From the NCBI RefSeq assembly GCF_009914755.1, contig NC_060943.1: a stretch of 64,000 bases of DNA. The stretch is one strand, 5' to 3'. The stretch is from the human T2T-CHM13v2.0 reference genome, Homo sapiens. The notes beneath the pieces were generated by a model. That model was not told where the DNA came from. It saw only the letters and a program-made list of their open reading frames with translations, and made no database searches. Shown piece by piece: positions 44,094 to 64,000 of the stretch (the stretch's first letter is position 1; the number at the start of each line of letters is the position of its first letter). The position numbers and the translations under genes are program-made.

Positions 44094-44165
44094 AAGACTG
44101 TACTTCCAGGGATCATTTCTACAGTTCGTTACTAGAGAAGTTTCTCTGTACGTGTACAGCAACCG
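44094..44165 (+). pseudogene. 3'-truncated U3 snoRNA (SNORD3) retropseudogene, first ~70 nt
   Basis: AAGACTGTACTTCCAGGGATCATTTCTACAGTTCGTTACTAGAGAAGTTTCTCTGTACGTGTACAGCAACCG aligns to the U3 5' end, including box A'/A. Boxes B, C and D are absent. Confidence 0.9.
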
Positions 44166-44383
44166 TTTATATTAGTGTGGCACACACCTATCTGAAAGCT
44201 TTGAGTGCAGCAATGCGGATTCACCTTGCTTGTAACTACTGTTCTTAAGCTCATAAAACAGCTAAATAATGTGGTGTAACAACTAAATGTGTGCCCAGAG
44301 AAAAGCCTCAGAATGTTATCCTAGGTGAAATCTGTTCAGTGAACAGACAGATCACAGCTACAGTGACATTTCTGCCACTGTTA

Positions 44384-44563
<180 letters not shown>

Positions 44564-44714
44564 TTAGCCCAGGCGTGGTGGCGTGTGTCTATAGTCCCAG
44601 CTACTCGGGAGTCGGAGGTTGCAGTGAGCCGAGAACTTGCCACTGCCCTCCTGCCTGGGTGACAGAGTGAGACCCTGTCTCAAAAAAAAAAAAAAAAAAA
44701 GAATTAAAGTCAGA

Positions 44715-44800
44715 AAGAGAGCCCTTACCAAAAACTGACCGTGCTGGCACCTTGATCTTGGATTTCTAGCCTCTAGAACTGTGAAAAATAAATTTATGTT
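44715..44800 (+). mobile_element. MLT1/MST LTR 3' fragment
   Basis: gctggcaccttgatcttggatttctagcctctagaactgtgaaaaataaattt. Confidence 0.65.
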
Positions 44801-45618
44801 AAGTTAAAAAAAAAATATAAAACTGGAGGCAGGCACTTAATTAGGAAGAAAGGAAAGGGTGGTCAAGCTACTCCTGGAACAGGGCAGTTTTTCTTCCCCT
44901 ATGGGGGCCCTGCTCCATTCTGGGCAGTGCCTGGCACCTGCTTCCCCTCCACTATAGGCAATAGTATGGGCCCTTCTTCTGCACAGCCAAAGATAAAGCT
45001 CACACATGCAGAGGTGTTTCCAGCAAATTTAGGGCAATGTGCAAGCTTGGGATCTAAAGGTTCAGGCGTAAAACTAAGTGAGAGATGACACGGTAGGGCT
45101 GGGCCAGCTCCCAGCCAGAGAGACCTTCCCACGGGATACAGGAAGGCAGGTGTTTTTAGCTGCTTCTCCAGCAAAGATTATTTTCTCTGCCTTTCTCACT
45201 CCTTCCTGGTTACGCAATCCCTCACTCAACCACCAAACTCTGGAAAACAGAATTGCTTGTTTATAAGTCAGCCAGAGCAATCAATGAGAAAGCACAGAAA
45301 ATAGCATGCAGTACACTGCAATACACACATACATCTAATTTAACTTTTCACCACACTGGAGATTCAGGGCAGGCTGGGTGGAAAGAATCTAGCTTGTCCA
45401 TGTCCATAAAAATAAAAACATGAATTCAGTACTTGTCAACAGCCCTCCTGCCCTTCCAGGATCTCTGCCAGGTGTCAGGGCTGGAGGTGAGGGCCCAGCC
45501 GCCTCCCCCGGGAATCCCAATCCATTCACACAGGGGTGGAGGGGGGCTCGATATGAGTCAACACAGCCATAATCTTTAGTTACGAGCTCCCTTCAGTCTC
45601 TTCCAGAAATCTCTATAA

Positions 45619-45980
<362 letters not shown>

Positions 45981-45983
45981 TGA

Positions 45984-46349
<366 letters not shown>

Positions 46350-46793
46350 TGATCCACCTGCCTTGGCCTCCAAAGTGCTGGGATTACAGGCGTGAGCCAC
46401 TGTACCTGGACACCCAGCTAATTTTTGTATTTTTTACTAGAGACGTGGTTTCACCATGTTGGCCAGGTTGGTCTTGAACTCCTAAGACCTCAGGTGATCC
46501 ACCTGCCTCAGCCTCCCAAAGTGCTGGGATTACAGGTGTGAGCCACCGCGCCCAGCCTCTTGTTTTTGAGACAGGATCTCACTCTCTTGCCCAGGCTGGA
46601 CTGCAGTGGCGTGATCTCCATTCACTGCAGCCTCAATATCCTGGGGCTCAAGCAATCCTCCCACCTCAGCCTCCCGAGAAGCTGGGACTACAGGTCCACA
46701 CCACCACACTTGGCTAATTTTATTGTATTTTTTGTAGAGACAGAGTTTTGTCGATGCAGCCCAGGCTGGTCTTGAACTCCTGAGCTCATGTGA

Positions 46794-47227
<434 letters not shown>

Positions 47228-47785
47228 TAGGGAACTCCGAGGGTCTGAATGGGCAGCCCTGAGGGACTCACATCATTCACCGTGGTGTCTCCGTCCCTGG
47301 TGCTCCAAGTGGGGAACCTTGTCCTCACTTGGCACCCATTACTGCTGCTCTGCCAGACACCCAGCCTCTGGCTGAGCGGTACCTGCAGTTCGACTGTGTC
47401 CTATGGCTACCTCCAATGCAGCCTTTGTGTCACGGGACGCTGGTACCTGAGCCAAAGGAGGAAGTGTTGATCAGGCTAAAGCCAACGCCCAGTAGCATCA
47501 GGTGGTGTCGTGGCAACCATCCAAATGGCCCCAGGAAACAAGGGACATTTACAGTGTTATAGTTCATCACGTTGTCTCTCCTCTGAGTCACCCTGAAAAT
47601 TCTGTTTCTGCCAGGGGATACCTCCCAGCCAGGATCCCACAGTTGAAGACTGTTGGTCAGGCAGACCCTCGGGGCTGATGGTGGATACCATGCAGCTGGG
47701 CAGACCCTCCCCTCTCCAAGGCCACAGTCAGCCTGGATCCAGCCTGGCCTTTAAGATCTGGCTTAGGGCTGGGTGCAGTGATTCA

Positions 47786-48046
<261 letters not shown>

Positions 48047-48707
48047 TCATCTTTAAAAAAAAAAAAAGCTGTTTTAGACCATCATGGGGAATCAGGAGTG
48101 GGGTCAGCATCACCAACCTTTACTCTCCTCTGCCTCCCTCCCTCTCCACCTGGGAATTGACTCAAGGGTCCAAGGGGATGGATCTAAACAGCCGGAGGGG
48201 TAGTATCAGTACCAATAGAGCTGGAGCTGCTGATCCCACATGACCCACGCTGTTCCTGGTGGACTCAGCCCATCAGAAGGCTTCCTCATCCACACAAGCG
48301 TTCATAAAAGATGCACACAAGTGTCTAACACGAAATTAGCCCTCACTAAGATGAATGCTGCTCATTCATCAAAGAGTAGATCCCTGCTCCTTGCAGAGAG
48401 AAGACTGCAAGGAGCTTCTGGGTTAAAAAAAAAAAAAAACAACAACAAACAAAAATTCTCCTTCCTTCTCTGCCGGAGCCTCCAGGAAGCCCAGAGTCAA
48501 CAGGGACCATAAACCAGGACACAATGAACCCGGAGGCCCTGTCCAGGCTGGAGGTTTCTGTGAACAAGAAACAACTTCTCCTACAGCTCTTGAGTAAAAA
48601 CAATGGAGCTAAATTCATTTTGGGGCATTAGCATTCCCAAAGGATGAAGAGGCAGAGATAAGAAGTGACAATGCCTCACTGTGTACTCACTCTCCTCTTC
48701 CACATAG

Positions 48708-49142
<435 letters not shown>

Positions 49143-49612
49143 TGAGTTTTAGTACTGTGGGGTACAGGGGCAGTTGCAGAAAAGGAATCTCTATCAGGAT
49201 GCAGCATTCTAGAAAATTACATTACTCTGCATTTAACTACAGGCCAGAGAACAATAATTCTTCCAAGATTTTCAGTAGGAAGAGCATAAAAATCTGGGGA
49301 AAAGAAGTTGCATTTCCACTTCTTGAGAAATTATAGTAATATAAGTTGAGAAAGTAATTTATAATAATCTTATAGAGCTGTACCTCTGTTTAAACACAGT
49401 AACATAATGAGAAAGAAAAAATATAGTGAGAAGCCAGGGAAAGCTGGGTGCGGTGGCTCATGCCTGTAATCCGAGCACTGTGGAAGGCTGAGGCTTGGGC
49501 CCAAAGAGTTCGAGACCAGGCCGGGCGCAGTGGCTCACGCCTGTAATCCCAGCACTTTGGGAAGCCGAGGCGGGCAGATCACAAGGTCATGAGATTGAGA
49601 CCATCCTGGCTA

Positions 49613-49924
<312 letters not shown>

Positions 49925-49927
49925 TCA

Positions 49928-50029
<102 letters not shown>

Positions 50030-50525
50030 TCAAAAAAGAAAGAAAAGACAAGAAAAGAAAAGAAAAAAGTGAGAGACATGATTTTATAATAGACCTGAGG
50101 CTGGGCATGATGGCTCACGCCTGTAATCCCAGCACTTTGGGAGGTCAAGGCAGGCAGATCACCTGAGGTCTGGAGTTCGAGACCAACATGGAGAAACTTT
50201 GTCTCTACTAAAAATACAAAATTAGCCGGGCATGATGGCACATGCCTGTAATCCCAGCTACTCAGGAGCCTGAGGCACATCACTTGAACCCAGGAGGCAG
50301 AGGCTGTGGTGAGCCAAGACCGTGCCACTGCACTCCTGCCTGGGTGACAGAGCGAAACTCCATCTCAAAAAAAAAAAAAAAGATAGAAAAAAAAAAATAG
50401 ACCTGAAAGGTTTCTTTTTTCAGAGACCTCCCAAGGTACCAGCCCAGACCAGGAGATCTGTACTGCGGGTGTCCATTTCCAACCTGAGGCTAAGTTATGT
50501 CTTGAGGCTCTGTACAGCCAAGTCA

Positions 50526-51083
<558 letters not shown>

Positions 51084-51145
51084 TTAAAGAAAAGGGGAGG
51101 GAAGGCATGACACAGAGAACAGGATGAAAGAGAAGCCTGACTTCA

Positions 51146-51250
<105 letters not shown>

Positions 51251-51360
51251 TTACGCAGTCAAGAGGTTGAGACCATCCTGGACAACATGGTGAAACCCCA
51301 ACTCTACTAAAAATACAAAAATTAGCTGGGCGTGGTGGCACGCGCCTGTAGTCCCAGCTA

Positions 51361-51636
<276 letters not shown>

Positions 51637-51666
51637 TTAGCCGGGCATGGTGGCGCACATCTGTAG

Positions 51667-52227
<561 letters not shown>

Positions 52228-54127
52228 TGATCCGCCTGCCTCGGCCTCCCAAAGTGCTGGGACTACAGTGTGAGCCACTGTGCCCTGCCACACCTTTGTC
52301 TTTAACCAGCTCTGGACTTCCACATTCTAAAACAAAGCTGCCTTCTCTCTTCTCAGCTCCCCTCTTTCTCCAGCAATATCTTCCCTGCCCTTCTCCCCCT
52401 GTACCCTGTCACACTGACTTTTGTCCCCAATTCTCCAACCATGCATTTCCTAACGACTCCTAAAGAACTAAATCTAGGACCTTCCAGCATTCTTCTGACT
52501 TGTCACGCCTTGCTCGACTAACAAGACTGACCTCTCAGCTTCCTAGACCTGGCCACCCTTCTGGCTTTCCTCCCACCTCTCTACCCACCTCTTAAGCGGA
52601 GGATCCTTTCTAGCCCAGATCCTTTCACTCAATACCCCAACTGCCTCCCAGTTGGTGCCACCCAAAACTGCATCTCCAGCCAGGGCGCCTGCATGGCTGC
52701 TGGGCCCATGGAGTGGGCTCTCTGCTGGGACCGCCACATGGATATCCCATGAGGGCCATCAAGTCTACACACTAGCCTCCGCGTTCACCCGCATTCATGG
52801 ATCTTGAGGAGGCGCATGACCAGACACCTCAGGCAGGCATTGTGACGTTTTTTTTGAGACAGGGTCTCATTCTGCTGTCCAGGTTGGAATGCAGTGGCGT
52901 GATCTCGGCTCACTGCAGCCTCCATCTCCCAGGCTCAGCGATCCTGCTGCCTCAGCCTCCTGAGTAGGTGGGACCATAGCTGGGTGCCACCACACCTGGC
53001 TAATAGGCAGGCATTTTGGATTCTCATTGGCAGCTCCTTCCCTGCCAATCACATCAGTTCTTTCCCTCTCTGCCAGATATTGCCCTTTCTCCAGCTCTAT
53101 CATTCCAACCTCCTCATCACTAGAATCCCTGCCTTCTGTGTGGACCCCTGGTCTGAGCTAAGGGTGCAAGCTGGTGGAAAGAATGGGTGATTGAGGCTGT
53201 GTTTACACGGCCGTTTCTTTGTTTGTTTGTTTGTTTTTTGTGAGACAAGGTCTCACTCTGTCATCCAGGCTGGAGTGCAGTGACATGATAACAGCTCACT
53301 GCAGCCTCAACCTCGTGGGCTCCGGATATCCTCCCACCTAGGCCTCCTGAGTATATGGGATTACAGGAACACAACACTATGCCAGGCTGATTTTTAAACT
53401 TCTTATAGAGATGGGGTCTTGCTTATTGCCCAGAGTGGGCTTGAATTCCTGGCCTCAAGCAATCCTCCCACCTTGGCCTCCCAAAATGCTGAGATTACAG
53501 GTGTGAGGCACTGCACCCCACTCACAGCACTGTCACTGACTGCATCATCAGTAGTCCGTAAAAGAGAAGGAAGGGCAAAGATGATAGGTATTACAAGGGG
53601 CTAAATCCTCCCAATGCCTCCCTGCCTGGCTCCACCATAGCTTCTTTCCCATTCGCCACCCATTCACCATTCACGTGTCAAAGCGGTCTTTTTCTTACAC
53701 AAATCTCACAGGTCTGGTCCTGCTTTAAATACTTTGATGGATTCCACAGTTCCCAGGTCAAGCAAGATGCATGACCCTGAACTGCCTGGCTCCCACAAAC
53801 ACCTCCACACCCTGGGGGGGCCTACAAAGCACTCACAAGTCCACAGCTCTGTCCAAGCTGTTCCCTCTTCCTGAAGGGCTCTTTCTCTCCTTTCACCTGG
53901 ACAGCACCTGCCTTTCTTTTTTTTTTTTTTTTTTTTTGAGACGGAGTCTCGCTCTGTCACCCAGGCAGTGGCGCAATCTCGGCTCACTGCAAGCTCCGCC
54001 ATTCTCCTGCCTCAGCCTCCCGAGTAGCTGGGACTACAGGCACCCGCCACCACGCCCGGCTAATTTTTTGTATTTTTAGTAGAGACGGGGTTTCACTGTG
54101 TTAGCCAGGAAGGTCTCGATCTCCTGA

Positions 54128-54691
<564 letters not shown>

Positions 54692-54950
54692 TAGATCAGG
54701 AAAGATTCAGCATCAACACCTTTTATTTTCCTAGGATAAATAGACTCTTCGAACTGGTATGACTTAACATGGAGTAGCACAACAATTGTTACAAGGTCTC
54801 ATTTTCAAAATTGATGATTTTAATTGTAAAACAATGATTCCTCTTATTTTGCACCCCTGATTCTCTCATCCAACACCAGAGAAACTGCATCTAAAAAACA
54901 CCCCACTTTAGGAGGCCGAGGTGGGTGGATCACCTGAGGTCAGGAGTTCA

Positions 54951-55238
<288 letters not shown>

Positions 55239-55299
55239 TCACTTAAGGTCAGGAGTTCAAGACTAGCCTGGGCAACACGGTGAAACCCCGTTTCTACTA

Positions 55300-55527
<228 letters not shown>

Positions 55528-56489
55528 CTAGCTCTCTTGCCATCCACTCTTTCCCAGTGCGGAGCAAGAAGTCCTCCCCTGGGCTCACAGACACGGAGGG
55601 CTCCCACAGGAAAATGTGTTCTGGGAGGCTTGGGACCACCCCTCACAGGTGTGCTTCTCTTGCTGCCATTTTCCCCCAGGTGCTGCTGGAGTTCCAGAGC
55701 TACACCTGCTCAGAGAACAATCTGGGGAGGAAATGTCCCAGAAAGAGGCAGCAACTTGCGGGAGGCCACACAGCAATTTTGTGGGAGTGGCAGTCAGGCC
55801 CCGGGGCCCGAGGACAGACATAGGAATTCCCAGGCCAGGCCTCCTCCTGCAATTCCATGGCCTGTGATCCTCTGTCCCAAACGCCACACATAATTAGAAG
55901 TTATAATCCTGTAATTCCATGATGACATCTTTAAACTTAAATATACCTCAAAACTACTTTTTTTTTTTTTAATGCTAAAAGCAACTTCACAAAAAAGAAG
56001 TTTTCCCACTCTGCCCCACACTGTCCTGCCCAGGGCTCCTCACCAGTGAGCAAAGCCCACAGTCTCTCTGTGTCACCTGGGAGAAGGAGGAAGATGCCAA
56101 GACCATTTAAGAACTGGATCCTAAGGCTTTGAACAATTAAGAATTGATTCGTTTATGGGAAAGTTTCACTTCCCTATTTATAATTATGCACTGTCGTATC
56201 TATTATAAAAACGAAAATCAACAACAATCTCTCCACCCTCTCAGTGATCCCTGGCCAAGGGCCAAAAGCTATTTTTAGACTTGCTCAGGACCTAGAGGGA
56301 GGAAGGCTTGGAAGGCATCACCATGACTCCCGGCTCCAAAGCATCTTTGTAGCCCAGGCCCTGCCGCCTGCGGGTATCCCAGGGCCCCTGCTCCACAGGC
56401 TGGGGTCGCTTTTGAGGGACTGAGCTCCCTGACTGTTATCTTCTGGGCCCAAGAGCTCCTGGACATGCCAAGAACCTGCGAGGCCGGCA

Positions 56490-56524
56490 CCCGCCACCCG
56501 CCGCCCGCCGCCCGCCGCCCGCCG
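56490..56524 (+). repeat. GC-rich heptamer tandem repeat CCCGCCA(CCCGCCG)4
   Basis: Read directly from the sequence. Confidence 0.9.
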
Positions 56525-56616
56525 CCAGCCCCCGCCAAGTCTCCCGGACAACAAGACAAATCCGCTTTGGCACACAGTGAGACGCACAAGACCGTGGGCC
56601 TCACCTGCGGTGCTCA

Positions 56617-56874
<258 letters not shown>

Positions 56875-57471
56875 TTAGCGTGGCGAGGTGGCGCGCCTGC
56901 AGTCCCAGTTACTCGGGAGGCTGGGGCGGGAGGATCGCTGGAGGCCAGGAAGTCGAGGCTGCAGTGAGCTATAATCGCGCCACTCTACTCCAGCCTGGGC
57001 GACAGAGCGCCTAAAATAAATATGAGACCGCCAACACGCCTGGGATGGTCTGTCTCCACCCGCGCTCCCACCAAGCGCTCTTGCAACGCGCCCAGAGGCC
57101 AAGGGCGCCAGCGCAGCCAGGAACGGGTCCTTTCCCCAGGCACCAGGGATCGCAAGCGAGGGGTGGCGGGGGGTGGGAGGGGGGAGACCCAAGCACCCCT
57201 CCAGGTCCTCCGCCCGCACCTGCGCGGAGCGGCCACATGCGCCTCCCCTACTCCCCGCCCAGTCCCGGATGCCACCTGCCCGGGACGCCGGGGACATCGC
57301 CGCCCCCACTCCTCCCCGCCAGCCTCCGTCCGGCCAGCGCCGGCCCAGTGCGCCCCCTCCCCCTCCCGGCCTAGTGGACCCCGACTGCGCGCTCCCACGG
57401 CCCCTGCAGGGCCCGGGGGAAAGGAGGTCTGGAGCCCGCAGGTCCCCGCCCGCCCGCCCGAAGCCGCCCAC

Positions 57472-57540
57472 CTTCCGAAAGTAGCCGTCGTTCTCCTTCT
57501 CCAGCGGCTGGGGGGCCGCGGGTAACAGCGCGTCGGTCAT
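57472..57540 (-). CDS. RHPN2: Rhophilin-2 coding exon 1 (MTDALLPAAPQPLEKENDGYFRK), 69 nt, phase 0
   Basis: ATG at 57540-57538 in context GCTAGCATGA (A at -3). Donor AAG|GTGGGC. Peptide matches the recalled human RHPN2 N-terminus. Lies in the CpG island. Confidence 0.97.
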
Positions 57541-57824
57541 GCTAGCGGCGCGGGCGCGGAGGGCGGACGGCGGACTGAGGCGCGGCGGCTGAGGCTGGCC
57601 CGAGAGGACGTGCGGCCCCGCCCCTGTCCCCGCCCTTCCCCGCCCCTCCACTCCCACCCCGTCCCGCGGCCCTTCTAGCCCCGCCTGAGGCCGAGCACTG
57701 GAGCCCTGGAGACGCGCCCCGCCCCGTCGCGGGCCCCGAACCCGCGCCCCTTGAGGCGCTCGTCACCCGGAGAGCTGCGCCCTGGGCGCGGCGCCTCGGG
57801 GTTGTCTGTGGGCGTCGTGGCTGA

Positions 57825-58670
<846 letters not shown>

Positions 58671-58811
58671 TGACCTTGTGATCTGCCCACCTCGGCCTGC
58701 CTCCCAAAGTGCTGGGATTACAGCTTTTGTTTTGTTTTGTTTTGTTTTGTTTTTAAATAGATGCGGGGTCTCACCATGATATCAAGGCTGGCCTCGAACT
58801 CCCGACCTTAA

Positions 58812-58979
<168 letters not shown>

Positions 58980-60579
58980 TAGTAGAGACGGGGTTTCACA
59001 GTGTTTTCCAGGATGGTCTCGATCTCCTGACCTCGTGATCTGCCCGCCTCAGCCTCCCAAAGTGCTGGGATTACAGGCGTGAGCCACCGCACCCGGCCGT
59101 GGAGCACGGTTCTTAACCACCTCCGTTTTCTAGGCTGCAAAATGGGGCTCTTTTATTATTCTTGGATTCTTTTTTTCTCGGGCTGATGGAGGGCAGTAGG
59201 ACAAAAGTGAGTGTTGGAAAGTAGGGATGAACTTAGTTTAGGAGGGAAAGGGTGACCCATGGGGACAGGGTTTGTATCAGTCTGCCACCAACCTCCTGCT
59301 GGCTGCTAGACTCTGTGGGCAGACGCCTGGCAGCACGTGAAGCCAGGACCTTGCCACCTAAGCAGGGACACCCAGCCCGCGGGCCATGCTCCTCCCGGCC
59401 GCTGCTTACTGTTACAACTGCTTCTCCCCCAGCAAAGGGACCGCCCTCAGCGGTCGCGATAGATGCCACAGGTGGAACAGAATGCAATGTGCTGCAAAAC
59501 CAGCCCAGCGTTAACATATCTTTAAAAAAAAAAAAAAAAAGTCCGGGCGCGGAGGCTCACGCCTGTAATCCCAGCACTTTGGAAGGCCGAGGCCGAGGCT
59601 GAGACTGGTGGATCACCTGAGGTCAGGAGTTTGAGACCGGCCTGGCCAACATGGTGAAACCCCGTCTCTACTAAAAATACAAAAATTAGCCAGGCGTGGT
59701 GGTGGGCACCTGTAATCTCAGCTACTGGGGAGGCTGAGGCAGGAAAATCACTCAAACTCGGGAGGCGGAGGTTGCAGTGAGCCAAACCGAGACCTTGAGA
59801 CTGCCCACTGCACTCCAGCCTGGGCGACAGAGTGGGACCTTGTTTCAAAACAACAAAAAACGTTAGTCATTGGAAACATAGTAGAGGTTGCAGCTGTCAG
59901 GGACGTTTCTGAAGCCAGTGTCTTCGAGCCTATGCGCTTCCTAAACCGCACGTGAAGCTACTGGGTTGGTCCAAAGGTAATTGCAATTACTGGGTGAGTT
60001 GTGCCAGTCACAGAAATGTAATCAGGAATTCAGCTCCTGTAGCCTGAAAGGACAGAACACCCTCATCCAGATTTAATCCTGCAGGTGCTGCCCCAGGACC
60101 TCCACCAAAGCCCCTTAGGAGCTAAGTCCTTGAGGATTGAAGAAAAACTCCTCCGGGGAAAAAAAATTACATTAAAAAAAAAGAAGAAGAAGAAACAACT
60201 ATCAATCTAATTTCAGCACTCACAGGTCACACTATTACTTGTAAACAGCTACTACTGTTTCAAGGATCAGGAAGTTGTGGGCCACTCTCTTACCTTCATA
60301 ATACTAATAAACGTATCAATAATAGAGCCTCTACTCTAGCCAGGGAGTTTATAGATACTATGTTTCGTTCTTGAGACCCTTCTGCAAATAAAAGCAATAA
60401 CCTTCATTCAACAGATGAGAAGAGCAAGGCTCAGAGCAATGAAGTGGCCACCAGCACTCCCCTTGCTGGCTGAGGTCATTGCCTACCACCTTTGGATTTT
60501 TGCCATCTTTTTCTGCCAACTTAAAGCTCAAATTGCCTTTACAATTTGTCGCACATAATGCCATCTGTACTGCTGTTAA

Positions 60580-60917
<338 letters not shown>

Positions 60918-60943
60918 TAAACAAATTAATTAAATTTATTTAG

Positions 60944-61114
<171 letters not shown>

Positions 61115-61789
61115 TAGAGATGGGGTCTCACTATATTGCTCAGGCTGTTCTCAAACTCCTGGGCTCAAGTGATCCTCCTGCCTTGGCCTCCTAAAGTGCT
61201 GAGATTACAGGCATGAGTCACTGTGCCTGGCCCAAATTTTATTTTAAAAGGCAACTATATCACAACCATAAGGGGAAAACCAGTGATACTTTCCCTGTTA
61301 GAGGAGAAACATAAAAGTGAATACAATAAAGGGCAAAATATATTATTAAATCTAGCCAGATATCATTGCCTTTTTGAGTTGTTCCTTTTGTTAAAAAGGA
61401 AGAAGAGACCAGGCACAGGCTGGAGTGCCGAGATCACACCACTGCACTCCAGCCTGGGTGACACGAGTAAGACCCTGTTTCAAATAAATAAGTAAATAAA
61501 AATAACAGCCAGGCATGGTGGCGCATGCCTGTAGTCTCAGCTACTCAGGAGACTGAGGCAGGAGGATTCCTTGAGCCCAGGAGGTGGAGGCTGCAGTGAG
61601 CTATGATCGTTGCCACTGCACTCCAGCCTGGGCAACAGACCAAGACCCTGTTTAAAAATAAATAAATAGGCCGGGCACGGTGGCTCACGCCTGTAATCCC
61701 AGCACTTTGGGAGGCCGAGGCTGATGGATAATCTGAAGTCAGGGGTATGAGACCAGCCTGACCAACATGGTGAAACGCCGTCTCTACTA

Positions 61790-62047
<258 letters not shown>

Positions 62048-62121
62048 TCAGGAGGTCAGGAGTTTGAGACCAGACTAACCAACATGGTGAAACCCCGTCT
62101 CTACTAAAAATACAAAAATTA

Positions 62122-62386
<265 letters not shown>

Positions 62387-63012
62387 TCAGAGGAAAACGG
62401 GCTCCTCTCTGTGTAAGTCCCAGCGGGGCATTTCCTGGCCATGTGAGCCATCTGAGTGTCAGTGCTTGGGGCTACATCTGCGCAGAACCAGACATCTTTA
62501 GACATTCTCATGACTCATTGCACTGGTACCCACAGGTCTGTTCTTTTATCTCTGATCCCACTTTGACCAGGCAATTAGAACTGCCGCCGCTGACCCAACA
62601 GGACAGCAGCATCTCACCTCCTATTTGTCAACCCCATTGGTGGTCTGTGCAACAAGAACCACCCATGAGCCCCTGTGCTACTAACAAAAGAGTTGGGTGG
62701 GAACTTCTGAGCTATGCAAAAGATTAAAATCTCAACTGCAAACAACTGTTTTGTTAAGTCTCATTTTACCATCTGGTTTAGGTCAGCAGGTGCCTGTCCA
62801 GGGACCCAGTTGGGTGCCTGTCCAGGGACCCAGTTCCTCCAAGTAAAATTCAAGTGTCACGTCCTAAGACCTTCTTGTTGACAAAGGAATGTTGGTTTTT
62901 GAGGGCAGCCTGAAATAACATCCTCTCTTGGGGAATCTGATGAAGTTTGCCAAATTAAATGCAGAAATTATAAGATAATCCTTGAATGAATAAAATTCAC
63001 TGCAAATAGTAA

Positions 63013-63343
<331 letters not shown>

Positions 63344-64000
63344 TAAAAATAATTCTTAGAAATTACCAGGCCCAGTGGCTCTCACCTGTAATCCCAGCAC
63401 ATTAGGAGGCCAAGGCAGGAGGATCACTTGAGCCCAGGAGTTCAAGACCATCCTGGGCAACATACTGAAACATCCATCTCTACAAAAAAATTTAATTAAT
63501 TAGCCAGGAGTGGCCGGGCGCAGTGGTTCACGCCTGTAATCCCAGCACTTTGGGAGGCTGAGGCGGAGGGATCACTTGCGGTCAGAAGTTCGAGACCTGC
63601 CTGGCCAACATGGTGAAACCCTGTCTCTACTAAAAATGCAAAAAATTAGCTGGACTTAGTGGTGGGCACCTGTGATCCCAGCTACTCAGGAGGCTGAGGC
63701 AAGAGAATCTCTTAAACTCAGGAGATGAAGGTTGCAGTGAGCCAGGATCGCACTACTGCACTTCAGCCTGGGCAACAGAGTGAGACTCCATCACACACAC
63801 ACACACAAAAAGCCAGGAGTGGTAGCACATGCCTGCAGTTCCAGATACTCAGGAAGTTGAGGCAGAAGGATTTCTTGAGCACAAGAGTTCAAGACTGCAG
63901 TGAGCCAAGATTACACCACCGTACTCCAGCCTGGGCTACAGAGCAAGATACTGTCTTATAAAGAAAAAAAAAAAATTGGCCAGGCGCGATGGCTCACACC

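Noticed and set aside
56875-57657. 260-aa ORF suggesting an N-terminally extended or intron-retaining RHPN2
   Set aside because: It starts at a GTG upstream of the probable TSS and reads through the exon 1 donor into GC-rich intron and an Alu. Stop-codon scarcity in a CpG island explains its length.

Overview
Primate, almost certainly human, genomic DNA. It contains the 5' two-thirds of RHPN2 (rhophilin-2; human 19q13.11) on the minus strand. I reconstructed coding exons 1-7 by hand: all introns are GT-AG, phases are consistent, and the 760 coding nt cover the HR1 Rho-binding domain and the start of the BRO1 domain. The CpG-island promoter lies at ~56.4-58.4 kb, followed by ~6 kb of upstream DNA. 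The rest is extremely Alu-dense intron with old L1, L2/MIR, MaLR, MER21/77-like and MER41 relics and a complete solo LTR12 (ERV9) with a 4-bp TSD. Nearly all ORFs in the supplied track are Alu or GC-rich artefacts. I find no convincing new biological system. The best observations are a tailless 5S rRNA retrocopy with a 15-bp TSD, a 3'-truncated U3 snoRNA retrocopy, an antisense LTR12 promoter with a mutated GATA site, a motif-dense candidate intestinal enhancer in intron 2, a ~54-bp duplication flanking an Alu, and two nearby AluY copies sharing private mutations. Repeat subfamily names come from remembered consensus sequences and need RepeatMasker/Dfam confirmation.
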